Below, one piece after another: positions 37,201 to 50,774 of a stretch of 64,000 bases of DNA. Each line of letters opens with the position of its first letter. Positions within the stretch are counted from its first letter, which is position 1. The notes beneath the pieces were generated by a model. The model did not search any database and was not told the origin of the DNA. It saw nothing but the letters and a program-made list of their open reading frames with translations. The DNA comes from Octopus sinensis. Lineage: Eukaryota. The DNA lies in NCBI RefSeq assembly GCF_006345805.1, contig NW_021831852.1, positions 1 to 64,000 of the forward strand, given 5' to 3'. Made by a program: the position numbers and the translations under genes.

Positions 37201-40200
37201 CGCGCCTGCGTGCCAAGATGAAAATCAGAAACGTCCTGATCAAGGAGATGTTATTTGCTGATGATGCCGCTCTGGTAACACACACAGAAGAAGCCCTCCA
37301 AAGGTTCATTAACTGTTTTGAGCAAGCATGTAACGACTTTGGCTTAGCTATCAGCCTTAAGAAGACCAACATCATGGGCCAGGCTACATCGGACATCCCA
37401 AACATACATATTGGAGACCACAGATTACAAGAGGTGGAGAAGTTTACCTATCTGGGCTCTACCGTCACCTACAGCCTATCCCTTGACGCTGAGCTCAATA
37501 TACGCATTGGCAAGGCAGCTGCTGCGATGGCTCACCTCTCCAAACGGGCTTGGGACAACAATAAGCTGACCAAGACCACGAAAATGAAGATCTACCAGGC
37601 ATGTGTACTCAGCACTCTACTGTATGGAAGTGAGACCTGGACGATATACACACGCCAAAGGCGTCGCCTAAACATCTTTCACCTGCGCTGCCTCCGAAAA
37701 ATCCTCCGCATCAAATGGCAGAATCATATCCCCAACAAAGATGTCCTCAGGCAAGCAGGAATACCAAGCATGTTTGCATTCCTCACGCAAAGACGTATGA
37801 GATGACTTGGGCATGTTAGCCGTATGAAAGATGGCAGAATCCCCAAGGACATACTCTACGGAGAGCTTGCTAGGGGTACTAGGTCTGTGGGTAGACCGAT
37901 CTTACGTTACAAGGATGTTTGCAAAAGGGATATGAAGGCCTGCAACATCAATATTAGCGGTTGGGAGGCAGTTGCCGGCAATCGTGGAAAATGGCGACGT
38001 ACCGTAAAAGAGGGAATACAAAGGAGTGACAGAGAGAGAGAGGAGAAATGGAGAGAAAAGAAGAGACGTCAACAAGAGACTATGGCATTACAACCAGCCA
38101 GGAACAGTCATCGCTACATTTGCGGTACCTGCCAGAGGGAGTGTTTGTCCAGGATAGGACTACACAGCCACAGCAGGAAACGTATCAGGACATGAAATAT
38201 AAAAGCAGGACTAGACTACTTTATGCGCAACTCCATTATCTCCCGAGACTGAAAGGATGCCAACCAACAAATATATATATATATAAATATGTAGAAATAT
38301 GTGTGTGTGTGTACTAGCAGACATACCCGTCATTGCTGGGGATTAAAATGGCAAAGTGGGTATATAATATATACCAGTCATTTTGAAACAGGTGATACGG
38401 GAAAGTGCAACATTGACAACAAAACATTTGTAGAGTAAATGCTGGGCTAATTCGACTAAGCAACATGCTATGCGTCCGTTTGGAGTGTTTCAGGCCCTAA
38501 CCTGTCATGCAAAATTAGAGGAGGGGTTTGTGTGATTTTTGAACGTACCGAAAACTGTCAGTGGATATACTCTCCTTTGCAGCAGTGTGCGCTGTGTCTA
38601 ACACGACCCATCATCGGAAATTTTGACACCTCACGTCGGGTTTGTTGTCCTACATCACTCATAGAGTAAATTTGGAGGAACTGTGGTTGTTCATTTGCGG
38701 GTACCAGAGAACCAATGAGGGGATAGACTTGCCCTTGAACTTTGACGTCGGCGTAAATTCATGTTTATCTATCTTCTTAGGTTCACCAAACGATGTCATT
38801 TGAAATTCAGAGTTGTATTGTCTGATATTGTTCAGAAAATCGTTTGACTGGATTAAAGCGCCTTCTAGAAGATTCCTAAGGGGTTGAGATGGTAGTGTTG
38901 GTAATGATACCTGTCCGAATATGTTGACATCTATTGCATTGTTTTAAGTTTTAAACGATAATAAATACCCTGAAGTTCTATTTATATGATGCTATTTCTA
39001 TTTTTTCACAGAACCGTTTCATCTCCAAGAAATCTCTCGACGATAAACCTGATGACACACCAAGTAAGAACTAATTTTATGGCTAAAGTCTTTTACCCGT
39101 GTCTCCTTAACTAATGGTTTACAATTTTACCAACTTCGAATTAGTTCCACATTACTATCCACATGTCCAAAATAGTATATACTAAGACACTTGCCTGCAT
39201 TTATTTCAAAATATATTCTACTTTACAATAAATTCCTAAATAAATTGTTACTCTAATATACTATGCCATTAATTGTGTGTATATGAGTATATATGCAGTG
39301 CTACGTAGATAATTATTTCGGCCCGCACGGTTCCTCTGAGGGAGCTCTTTCCGAGTGTTCTAGTCGGCCGGTACATTCACTGTGAAATCATTAGAGTGCT
39401 CAGAGTGAGCCCAGCCGGCTTGCATACGAAAAGCATGAATGCCCTCTTCATCTGAGAATCAAATGCGCGAACTGGCGTTTCACTGCGTTTATAACTACAA
39501 TTCAGCAGTCTGTCCACTCTTGTGCTTCCAATCGTTCGTGAATAGAGACCCGAAATAATGATGTTCCACTTTCCTACACAGTGCGTATTTGTCAATCCTG
39601 CTTTGGTGTACTCGGCAGCCAACCAATTCAGTGCACGTTGTTCGTGACCATCAGACGAATCAGGTAGCAGCATGTCGTCTACAAATCACACGCCACCGAT
39701 CACGTAGAGATGAATTGGGATACCTCTACCACAATGGCTGCGCATATTCAACCAGATCACAAAAAAGAATGTGAGAGGGGGCACTAACAATGCACACTTC
39801 AACTAAGTGAAAACTTCTCGTTGAAAACTTTCGACTTTTACATAAATACAAACATTTGAACATCCATATATGTACTTTATGGCAACCAGTATTTGCCCAT
39901 CAAACTCACCTTCCTGGTAAACCATCCGCAACATTCCCCAGGTCACGTGATCATGTGCCTTTTCGTGGTTTACAGCGTATAAACCTTGGAAATATTTCAA
40001 TGTTTGCTGGAATATCTGTCTTTGAATGACTTTCAGGTCGGGTGTAGTTCGTCCAGGACAGTAACCTTTGGCACGACAATTTCCCTACATATCTTTTCCT
40101 GACATCTAGTGTAGACTTTTCTATAATTGGAACACACTCATTGGTCTCTGTTTGAAAAAATTGTGATTGTCACCCCATATTTCCATTGCCTTGGTGTTTT

Positions 40201-43166
40201 TTCCAGAGGTCCCATCCACCTAGCATACATGGGTCACTCAGAGAATATCATCTGTATTTAAGGTTTCTAAAATATCAAGCCGGACGTGCTTTTCACCAGC
40301 AGCTTTACCACTTTTAAGTGAGTTTAGCTCAAATAAGCGTTCAACCGAAGAAGAACCTGCCGAAAAAAATAATACAATCACGAATTCATTTCGATGTCGA
40401 ACTTCATTCAGGCGGATCACTCTCAATTTGGATGCAAAGGTCTCCACATTTTTGTTTCTGATCCCAGCATCCACTGCGCCTTCCAACTCTATTCTGTAGG
40501 TCGCACTGGACTTACCAATTTCCAGTGTTCGGTAGACTGTAGGAATTTTCAGGTTTTTAGACGTTTAGGTAGTGACGAGTTGACAACTCCGCCCCTTCCT
40601 TTTACCCGAACGTTCAGCAAAGAGTGAAAGAGGACCGAACCTAATCAGAAACCTCTGTCACCAAGTATTTCTATACCAGGCACCCTTATAAATATCCCTG
40701 TCTTAAAATAATATCTATACCATAGAGTGGAGAGTGTGTATCCTGCACAGAAGGCTGCTACGACCTGTCTATTAAGTTCACTGACGACATTCCTTCCAAT
40801 CAATCCTTCTCACGATTATCAGTGCCAAGGTGTGCACTGAAGTCTCCTTGCGGGACAAATGACTTTACCCCAAATATATCTAAAGCTGAGGTGAATTTGC
40901 TTAGGAAGGTTTTGTATTTGACGCCGATGTTTGCTGCATATACTTTCAGCAGCCATAGTGGTCTTTCATATTCAGCCTTAGCTTCAAGAGGTGAACCCTC
41001 ACACCTAGTAAGTTTCACTCCATAATACAATCCGAAAGCTGGGGATTGAGAGTATCCTAATCCCACCTGTGCAGATATTGTTGGCACCACAGTTGCGTAG
41101 TGGAGTTTCAAGCCTATATCCAAGTGTACGCTGTCGGAAAAACGAAATTTTGTAGAGGAGACACCGATTATATCTTACAGGCAGATTATATCTAACAATT
41201 TTGACGTTTTAATTCTCAATTATTAAAGGTTGTTCCCTTCTTCATCTGCTTTGGTTTCCTGAGACCGTCAATTTTGTGCTCCCACCTCACGCACCCCAGA
41301 TTCAGTTGCAGGCTTCTTGCTGGTTGCACCGGTGTTGGGTGTGTTGTGCTATACATTTATCGAATGGACTCCTCTACTCGAGATCCGGATGCGATGTCTT
41401 TTAACTAAATTGACAAATGATGCGGTATGGTTGTTATTTTCATATTGTAGTTATGATGGCCTTATTTGCGCTGAGCTCCAAACTGATGTTTGTAATTGAC
41501 CGATGAATATTCGCACCTGGCGAATATTTTATCATTATTCTATTGAGTTGTATCAATATTCTATTGAGAAGTATATATACTCATACCCAAGTTTACGTAT
41601 CATACATACATCCGTTCTTAGCGGAGACCGATACACATTCTGATATTCTGAGATTAATCTCTCAAATCTTTGACATCAACGTCACCAACAGGCTCAACAG
41701 ACAAATGTCTTTTTTCTTTCTTTACAATTTATTCTTATTATTTACATCTTTCGTTCTGACTTTCATTCATTCACTCGTTCTTTCTTAAGTTCTATATTTC
41801 TCTCTTCTCCATCAATTCCTTCCCATCCAACATCCTACTTTGTAAATGATCCCCCAATTCTTTCTTTTAAACTACATTATTTCATTTTAATTTCGCAGAA
41901 CCCGGTCTCGGATCATTGTATACCCGGTGGGGCAGAACAACTTGTCCTCCTTATTCAAACCTTGTATATGACGGTTAGTATACTTTATATTTCTGACCTC
42001 TCATTCTCTTTTTGTTTTCCTCTTGTTCTTTTTTTATACCTCTCATTCTCTCTTTTTGTTGCCTCTCTTTCTCTCTCACCCTCTCTCTCACGCACATGCA
42101 CACACACTCAACCTTTGTCGGGTTGTCTGACATAAACATTCTCAAATCCTCTTATGATATGTCACGTTTCAAACGTCTATACCTGTAGACTATACAGACA
42201 CTACACAAGACTGCTTACTCTTTGTAGGTATTTGGTCAAATCAGAATATTGTATGTTGTCTACTACGAACCAAGTGAAAAGGATGTTGTCTAACCACAGA
42301 ATATAGATATCTCTACGTTAAATTACAAATAGGGGCTGGACTGAAAACCACCATGGCGATCATGAATTTCAGGCTGACCAGCTTTGGATTGTAGATATCA
42401 AATACCGAGGCCGCAAACTGGTGATCAAGTGTACTGGCTACGGATGGTGGTATTGTACGTGAGTTACCAGAGCTGAAAAGTGGCCACTTGACTATCTTTA
42501 ACTAGAGTGCCCAATGATCGTAGGTGTGGGCTAAATTTAATAGAGTCTATTAGAATTGATGACAGTGACTGTAAATTTTTAATGAAATGAACGCACAATG
42601 TAGAATGAGGACTGGACAAGCCACATACTGTAACTGATGGAAAAAGCTAAGGACTTTATTCATTAAGTAAAATAGAGAGAAACTAAATATTAGTGAGAGA
42701 ACACAACAGAGTACAGAATGCACTTCTATTCTTCTCCGCCTCACCGAAATCGTCCTATCGCTAAAACCTTGCTCTTTTCATGCACCACATCACCTCATTA
42801 ATTATCCAGTATAACTTTGTAAGGTAATTCCGAAACTTCCAATTCAAAACTGCTGCTACAAACCTCTTCCCCAATCAACCTCACGTTCCTTAAAAATGCT
42901 CTGTATCTGCTCTTTATAAATCCTACACGTATCCTTTATCGATCGCCGACTCCATCACCAAAATATCCCCGTTCACTCGTGAACACATTTTCCATTTCGG
43001 ATAAACACGAGTACATGCGTTACCGAATTCCTTTCTTTTTCTCCTTCAATTAACATCCTCGCAAAACACATCCCCATGCAAACTTACATAATAATCCACA
43101 TCGTATCCCCAAATACTTACCCGTATACACACAACATATATATACATATACTTACATATATAATAT

Positions 43167-43218
<52 letters not shown>

Positions 43219-44187
43219 ATATATTGATTCAGATGAATATGTTACTTAAGGTGATTAAAATTAAAATAAGCAACGATGATATCCAGAGATAATGCAGTAC
43301 GTTCGTTTCATGCAACACCAGTTAATTGAACAATGCAATCATTACATCAGTTTAAAATTTAGAGCAATCCTCGGCTGCTAAAAGACGTAGCATTTAATGA
43401 AATTAGAACAGATGGACACATTTGTATAATTATACCTAAAATCCCCAAGAAATTACATAGAACATGTTGTCTCTACTTCAGCATAGCAGTTACTAAAATT
43501 ATCAAGAAGACTCAACTTACCATTGATTTTTTGTCTTTATGGGGTCAGTTTTAATTGTTTAAAAATCCTTTCTATATCTAAGGCTGAGAGAGCATGGGGC
43601 AGTATCTGTTAGGGGGAGGGATGAGGGAGTAGATATACATTCTAGTTAGTATAATTATAAAAAAATCAAGAATCATTATAAGCAATACCATGAGGTTTAG
43701 TAAGGGAAAACTTAAAACAAGATGTTAGCTGATAATTAAGGGGGTCGCACACTGGCAGACTATTGACAATGAAACGGAATGTCTTATCATATATTATAGT
43801 TAAATATTTTAAACAATGTTGCTATGAATACAGTTGAAGTTTAGGGTTTTCCAAAGGATTATTAAGAAGAATATTATAACAAAATGATAGAAATTGTTGA
43901 ATACTTATTGTATTCATAAGTATTCATAAATTTCTTGATAATTTTATTAACTTCTAAGTTGAAGTAGAGACAAGCAGTTCTTTGTGTATCTCCTTAACTT
44001 CTGGAGATTTTAGGTATAATTATACTAATGTCTCAATCTGTTTTAATTTAATTAAATTCTATGTATTTGTGCAGCTGAAGATTCCTCTATATTTTAAATT
44101 AATGCAATGATTGAATTGTTCAATTAAATGGAGTTGCATGAAACAATCGTACTGCATTATCTCTGGATATCCTTCTTGCTTACTTCG

Positions 44188-44235
<48 letters not shown>

Positions 44236-44923
44236 GAGAATGCAAATGCACATCTAGGATTTCATGCATACAGCAACACTGCTTACACTCACATAAGCAC
44301 TAACACATACACCACAATTCGTTCACACGCGACTAAACATGACTCCTTTTAAGGGTCAAATTGTAATGAATATTTCCGTTATTTTGCTTAATATCTTTTT
44401 TACTTGATATATTCTTACCAATTCTAGGTGTGGTTGGTGGACAACATCAAACCCATACTGGTGGCGGAAGCAATCTGTTGTGTTTACCTAACGATCCCAT
44501 TTGGGCCAATTATACTACAGAAGTTGAAAAAGGTGGTTACATTTATGGCAGTGAATATGAAATATCCCACAACTCGAATAAACTCTTTTCTTTTGCTAAC
44601 GCTAAATCACTTCATGATCACAACGTTCCGTGCGCGGTCTGTTTGACACTACAACCTGCTGTTGTTATGATGTTACCAGCCAGGACACAGTGTTACGCTG
44701 GTTGGACAGCTGAATATTCAGGATATTTGATGGCAGAACATTATGCTCATAAGGGCAGACATGAATATGTGTGTGTGGATTATGCACCAGAAGCTGATCC
44801 AGCTGGTTACAGAAACGAAAATGGAGCTCTATTTATTTCGTTCAGGCTGCTTGTGGTTCGTGGCCATGTCCACCGTATGTCAATGGCCAAGAATTAACCT
44901 GCGTTGTGTGCAGTAAATATTGA
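32151..44923 (+). CDS. Copy C of the same gene (32151-32292, 39012-39063, 41899-41973, 44428-44923); indels in exons 1 and 4 as assembled
   Basis: Splice sites intact. Exon 1 is 142 nt (two single-A deletions). Exon 4 has a 1-nt deletion near 44832, after which the +1-corrected frame resumes [29 protein letters not shown]-stop. Confidence 0.75.
33246..34168. mobile_element. Insertion bounded by ~227-bp direct repeats (33246-33472, 33942-34168), copy C only; class unresolved
   Basis: Two near-identical blocks flank ~470 bp of unique non-coding sequence; other units have only (TCTA)n/(TA)n at this site. Confidence 0.6.
35806..35840 (+). ncRNA. Minimal type I hammerhead-like motif of the Penelope-associated kind (variant core); degenerate homologues 5219-5253, ~7691-7725, ~22377-22411, ~53142-53176
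   Basis: GTTT-CCGACGA-A-GAGC-tcc-GCTC-GAA-ACGT-T-AATC (AAAC in the other copies): stem I, core, 4-bp stem II, palindromic ACGT stem III; the core has C in place of the conserved U4. Confidence 0.45.
35989..38268 (+). mobile_element. Young 5'-truncated RTE (BovB-like) LINE, copy C only
   Basis: ORFs 36006-36518, 36630-37805 and 37824-38195 share one RT frame (NYRGISLL, QCGFR, FIDLTKAFD, GVKQGCVLAP, LFADD, YLGS) and end in a C-terminal CxxC...SRIGLHSH. In-frame stops at 36516, 36597 and 37803; 14-bp flanking repeat aaatatatatatat (35975-35988, 38269-38282). Confidence 0.93.
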
Positions 44924-46487
44924 ACAGAAATTAAATTCGGTTCCATATGAAAATATGTCTGTGAATTACAATAAATAACATAAAATTTTAATTGTGTTAC
45001 CTAATATTTTCTTTAAAGTATGTCTATCGTTACAATAAACTGTTGTACTAGTTTACAGAAGATATTCAAACAATACAAAAGAGGCGACGTAGAATGCCAG
45101 AAATATCCTCAAAAACAAGAAAAATCTAAATCTGTCGAAATGATTCTAGAAAACATTTTGTAAGATTTCAGTTTATCAAACTTATCGTTGAAATAAAATG
45201 TTATTTTGTTTAACAGTATTTTGTCTTCTGTCTCATGATTCAACAAAACCCCAAATAAAGTACCACCATAGAATTACATCAGCTTTTCATGCACAGCCTT
45301 AGAAAATCTAATCCTCGACGCTACTATCTCAGACATCTTGGTTTTCAAATTACAACTCGGATTGTGACAAGGAGCCATGAACCGCTACATTACTTAGCAC
45401 AGAACTTAACTGATTCTTTCAACAACAACCAGATACTTCCACACAATCCATTCTATTTGCCGTTATTAATCAGGAAAGCTTTCCGTTCTATTCCTACCCC
45501 ATATCTTATAAAACCTATTTATCGTCTACTTTAGAAATATTACAAAATGTTCAAATTAAGCTTTCTGAGAATGTGGAATTTACACGATCAATCCCTCAAA
45601 AGACAGTATAAATGAGTATTGGTCCTGCCAACCTAAATCTATATCACAAAATTCCCACCTCTCTTCAAGATAAGATACAAAATGAAACTCGAAGAACACA
45701 ACATACACATCATATACTAAACGCTGATATACAAGAATAAGAGATGAAATCAACCAGAGAAATTGCCTCATTTCAGCAGTAGAGATCATCAAAGACGACG
45801 ATTTCTTTCACTCATCTACGTAAACATACCAGACTCGAAGAAAGGATGGATCCTAGAAGCTGAATACATTTCATGCGAAACGAATACAACACCCATAAAA
45901 GTTAGAGTAAAGAGAGCAAATATAGTCAGGGCAAGCACGGATGCTGTGTGTAAGAAGGCTGAGATGTTGTGACCGTCACGTTATATCCAATAGGATTCAT
46001 GACAGTATGTTGGAGTGTGTCGAATATTTGTTAGATAAACGAAGGTTTCGGTTAACAACATCAAGCTGCAATAAAGATTAAAGATTATTAATGTTTACTA
46101 TCCCACTATTATTAGTCTGATAGGTAAATCTGCATTCGTTTCTCTAGATTACAAATATTTTCCTGGTTGTAAATCGTAAACAATTGCAGAGAATACGGAC
46201 GCTGGTAGATCTTCAAATTCATCTTTTGATTCAGCGGCATAATTAGACAGTTAAAACGACCGCCATGTGTTTAAGCTGTACAGAGCATGCGCAGCTGCAT
46301 ATGCAACCCGCCATTACAATAGGAAAAATTATGGGACTTTGTTGAAATCTGACATGGCTGTAAGATTTATTTTGTAGCTTATTTCGAATTAACCTTATTT
46401 CGAGGGCCAAACCGAGAGTGTTACACACACACACACACACACACACACCACACACACACACACACAACACACACACACACATACCTT

Positions 46488-46523
<36 letters not shown>

Positions 46524-47069
46524 TAAATGTGGTCAAACTATATCTGAGGGGTCTAATATGCTTCATCAAAGAAAATTTTATCATAACTATGGAATTCCGT
46601 CGTACATATGCAGCCCATACGGAAGGTACACTTGCGAATTGAGTTTCAAATGGGAGACACTGTACCTGTATGTTTTGCTATGATTTATAAAACAAGAAGA
46701 AAAGTATTCAAAGCTAGTGATAATGACTAGCTAAAAATATGTATGAAAGTCATTATTCGGTTTTAATAGAATATTTCTGGCCAACAGAAAGGACACGGAT
46801 TCTAACTTAGTTCCAAGTATCATTCATTGGAATTTCAACAACATGAACAGGATATTTTTGTATGTATGTATGTATGTATGTATGTATGTATGTATGTATG
46901 TATGTATGTATGTATGTATGTATGTATGTTGTATGTATGTATGTATGTATGTATGTATGTATGTATGTATGTATGTATGTATGTATGTACGTATGTATGT
47001 ATTATGCATGTATGTATGCATGTATGTATGTATGTATGCATGTATGTATGTATGTAAGCATGTATGTAT

Positions 47070-48606
47070 GTCAGGTCACTTTCGTGTGCTACTGGTAACA
47101 TGTAACCCAGTACAACCTGTTGCATTGTCGGGTCGTCGGCGACCAAATCGGCAACCACACTAAGCTTGCTTGGTGAGGAGGGAGTTTATTGGACACCCTG
47201 CGGGATGAAAAACAAAACCCGTCAAAGAGCGGAGGAACTCTTGAGAATGAACGGCCATCCAATATATGTGTTAAGGCTGTATCATGCGCGGGGAAATAGA
47301 AATAATCGGACTGAATACCCGATCGCGCGGTTAAACCATTGGGAGTGAAGGACTCCTAGACTTTGTTAGGGCATCCTTCTAGGAGAAGGATACTCAGGTA
47401 ACTGGGATGACTCCGATATAAAACCTGCGGTTCAGTGGTTACCGATGATGTTAACTTGTTCTTCTTTTCGGATTATGGCTGCTGTTGCTTAGTGACTGGG
47501 ATTGACACAGTGCACAGCCTTTCCTCACTATAAAAAAAATCTTCATGCACAGGCATTGCAAGATAACAACATTGATGAAGCTTCGTGCAATGGCCCTACT
47601 CGATGACGAGGGAGCAGCCACCAAGTATGTATGCATGCATGTATATATGTAAGTATGAAAGTATGTATGTGTGTATGTATGTTGTATGTATGTATGTTGT
47701 ATGTATGTATGTATGTTGTATGTATGTATGTGTGTATGTATGTGTGTATGTATGTATATGTGTGTGTGTATGTATATATGTATGTAGTTAATTATGTGTG
47801 TATGTTTGTATATATGTATGTATGGGGGGTATGTATGTATATATGTATGTATGGGGGGTATGTATGTATATATGTATGTATGGGGGTATGTATGTATGTA
47901 TGTAGTATGTATGTATGTATGTATGCATATATGTATGTATGTAGTATGTATGTATGCATGTATGTATGTATGTATGTATGTATGTATGCATGTATGTATG
48001 TATGTATATATGTATGTACGTATATATGTATGTATGTATGCATGTATGTAGTTCAGGTCACTTTCGAGTGCTACTGGTAACATGTAACCCAGTACAACCT
48101 GTTGCATTGCCGGGTCGTCGGCGACTAAACCGGCAACCCCACCAAACTTGTTTGGTGAGGAGGGAGTTTCTTGGTCACCCTGCGGTATGAAAAACAAAAC
48201 CCGTCAAAGGGCGGTAGAACTCTTGAGAGTCAACGGCCATCCAATAAATGCCTTAAGGCTGTATCATGCGCGGGTACATAGAAATAATCGGACTGAATAC
48301 CCGATCGCGCGGTTAAACCATTGGGAGTGAAGGACTCCTAGACTTTGTTAGGGCATCCTTCTAGGAGAAGGTAACTCAGGTAACCGGGATAACTCCGATA
48401 TAAAACCTGCGGCTCAGTGGTTACCGATGATGTTGACTTGTTTTTTTTTTCGGATTATTGCTGGTGTTGCTTGTGAGTGGGATTGACTCAGTGCACAGCC
48501 TTTCCTCGCTTTAAAAAAAAACTTCATGCAGAGGCATAGCACGATAACAACATTGATTAAGCTTCGTGCAATGGCCCTACTCGATAACGAGGGGGCAGCC
48601 ACCAAG
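47070..48606 (+). mobile_element. Tandem pair of the ~555-bp element (47070-47625, 48053-48606) separated by (TATG)n
   Basis: Both copies are colinear with 93-646; period ~983 bp. Confidence 0.5.
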
Positions 48607-49861
48607 TATGTATGTATGTATGTATGTATGTATGGATGGATGGATGGATGGATGTAAGTATGTGTGTATGTATGTATGTATGGGTGGGTGGAATTGGAAG
48701 GTTTTGATTTTGATATTCACATAAAACTTTTCTAATCCGATTAACGCTTGTTGTGAAGAATCCAATCCGAACAGCGGACTTCATTAGATTAAGACTTGCG
48801 ATTACTGTGTGGGTTGAACGAAATACTTCCCACTCTGAATATTAAAACAGTGTGTGAGTGTGTGTGTATGCGTGTGTTTGAGTGTGTGTGTCAGTTTGTG
48901 TATATGTGTGTGTGTCAGTGTGTGTGTGTGTCAGTCTGTGTGTGTGTGTGTCAGTGTGTGTGTATGTCAATGTGTGTGTGTGTGTGTGTCAGTGTGTGTG
49001 CGTGTGTGTGTGTGTTAGTGTGTGTGTATGTGTGTCTAAGTGTGTGTCTGTGTGTATGTGTCACTGTGTGTGTCGGTGTGTGTGTGTGTGTTTGCGTGTG
49101 TGTGTCTGTGTGTGAGTGAGTGTGTGTGCCAGTGTGTGTGCGTTTGTGTGTGTGTGTATGTCAGTTTATGTGTGTGTGTCAGTCTGTGTGAATGTCAATG
49201 TGTGTGTGTGTGTGTCAGTTTGTGAATGTGTGTATGTATCACTGTGTGTGTGTGTGTGTGTTTTCCAGTGTTTACGCCTGTGTGTGTCAGTGTGTGTGTG
49301 TGTGTTAGTGTGTGTGTCAGTGTGTGTGTGTCAGTGTGTGTGTGTCTGTTTGTTACTGTGTGTGTATGTCAGTGTGTGTGGGTTTCAGTGTGTGTATGTG
49401 TGTCAGTGTGTGTGTGTGTGTGTGTGTGTGTCTTTGTGTCTGTGTAATTGTTGATTGAACGAATATTTCCCACACTAAATATTAAAACAGTTTCCCAAGA
49501 ATAACAAATAAAATTAAATAACAACATTAGTAAATAAATATATCATAATATATCCAGAAACAGGAATCTTTCACTTTACACGTGTCTCTCATTCATCAAA
49601 ATATTTTGCTAATTATTGTGTGACAATATCAAACCATCTCTTCCAATAATTAAACCTGTCAGACAAGTTCACGCCCACTTTTACAGTTCCACCAATCGCA
49701 TTGGTTCATAAATTTACGATAAGATCTCTGCCAGAGCTGGGTTGTTGTGCGCTCAATAAAATACGTGGAATTCAGTACAGGTCTTCAGCTTAAACTCGCA
49801 TCTCGATCTTTTGTGTTGAAGCCACACGAAGTATCACGTACGACCGACAACTGTCACCAGA

Positions 49862-50422
49862 ATGGATTTCGCACAACTGTCAGGAATATTTCGCAGCGTT
49901 ATTCCATTTCTTCTCTCTAGCTTTTGGGGTTCTTCTCGTTCTGACGATCGTGATTCTTCATCAAGATTCAAGAATAGGAAAAATGGAAGAGAAGTCGAAA
50001 ACGGTAAGTCATGGATTTGTGTTAATATATGTATGTCTTTATGTATTTATATATGATGTATGTATGTATGCATTTACGTATGTATGTATTAATATGTGGA
50101 TGTATGTACGTACGGATGGATGGATGGATGTAAGGATGTATGCATGAATCACTTACATATGTTCCTATGGAGCACACACACAAATAAGATCACACACGTA
50201 ATCACACACGAACACACAAGCGCACACACCCAAACCATACATATATATACATATACGTATAGTTGTAATAAAATACATATATATGAATATATTAGTGCCT
50301 GAACATATATAGATATATATATACAAACATATATATGCGTCTGTGTTCTATCACTGTATCTCTCTGTCTACTCTCTCTCTCCTCTTTCCAGTTATCTATA
50401 TAATATATATATATATATGTGT

Positions 50423-50464
<42 letters not shown>

Positions 50465-50739
50465 CGTGTTTGTTTGTATATAAATATATTCTTTTACCCG
50501 TTTCAGTCATTGACTGCGGCCATGCTAGAGCACTGCGTTTAGTAGGACAAATCGACTTCAGGAATTATTCTTTGTAAGCCTAGTGCTTATTCTATCGGTA
50601 TCTCTAGCCGAACCGCTATCTAACGGGGACGTAAACACAGTTGGAATCGATAGCGGTGCGGACAATAACAGCACATACCTTAAAAAACATAGATACATAC
50701 ACCTATGTGTGCTATACACACACACACACATAAATCAAG

Positions 50740-50774
<35 letters not shown>

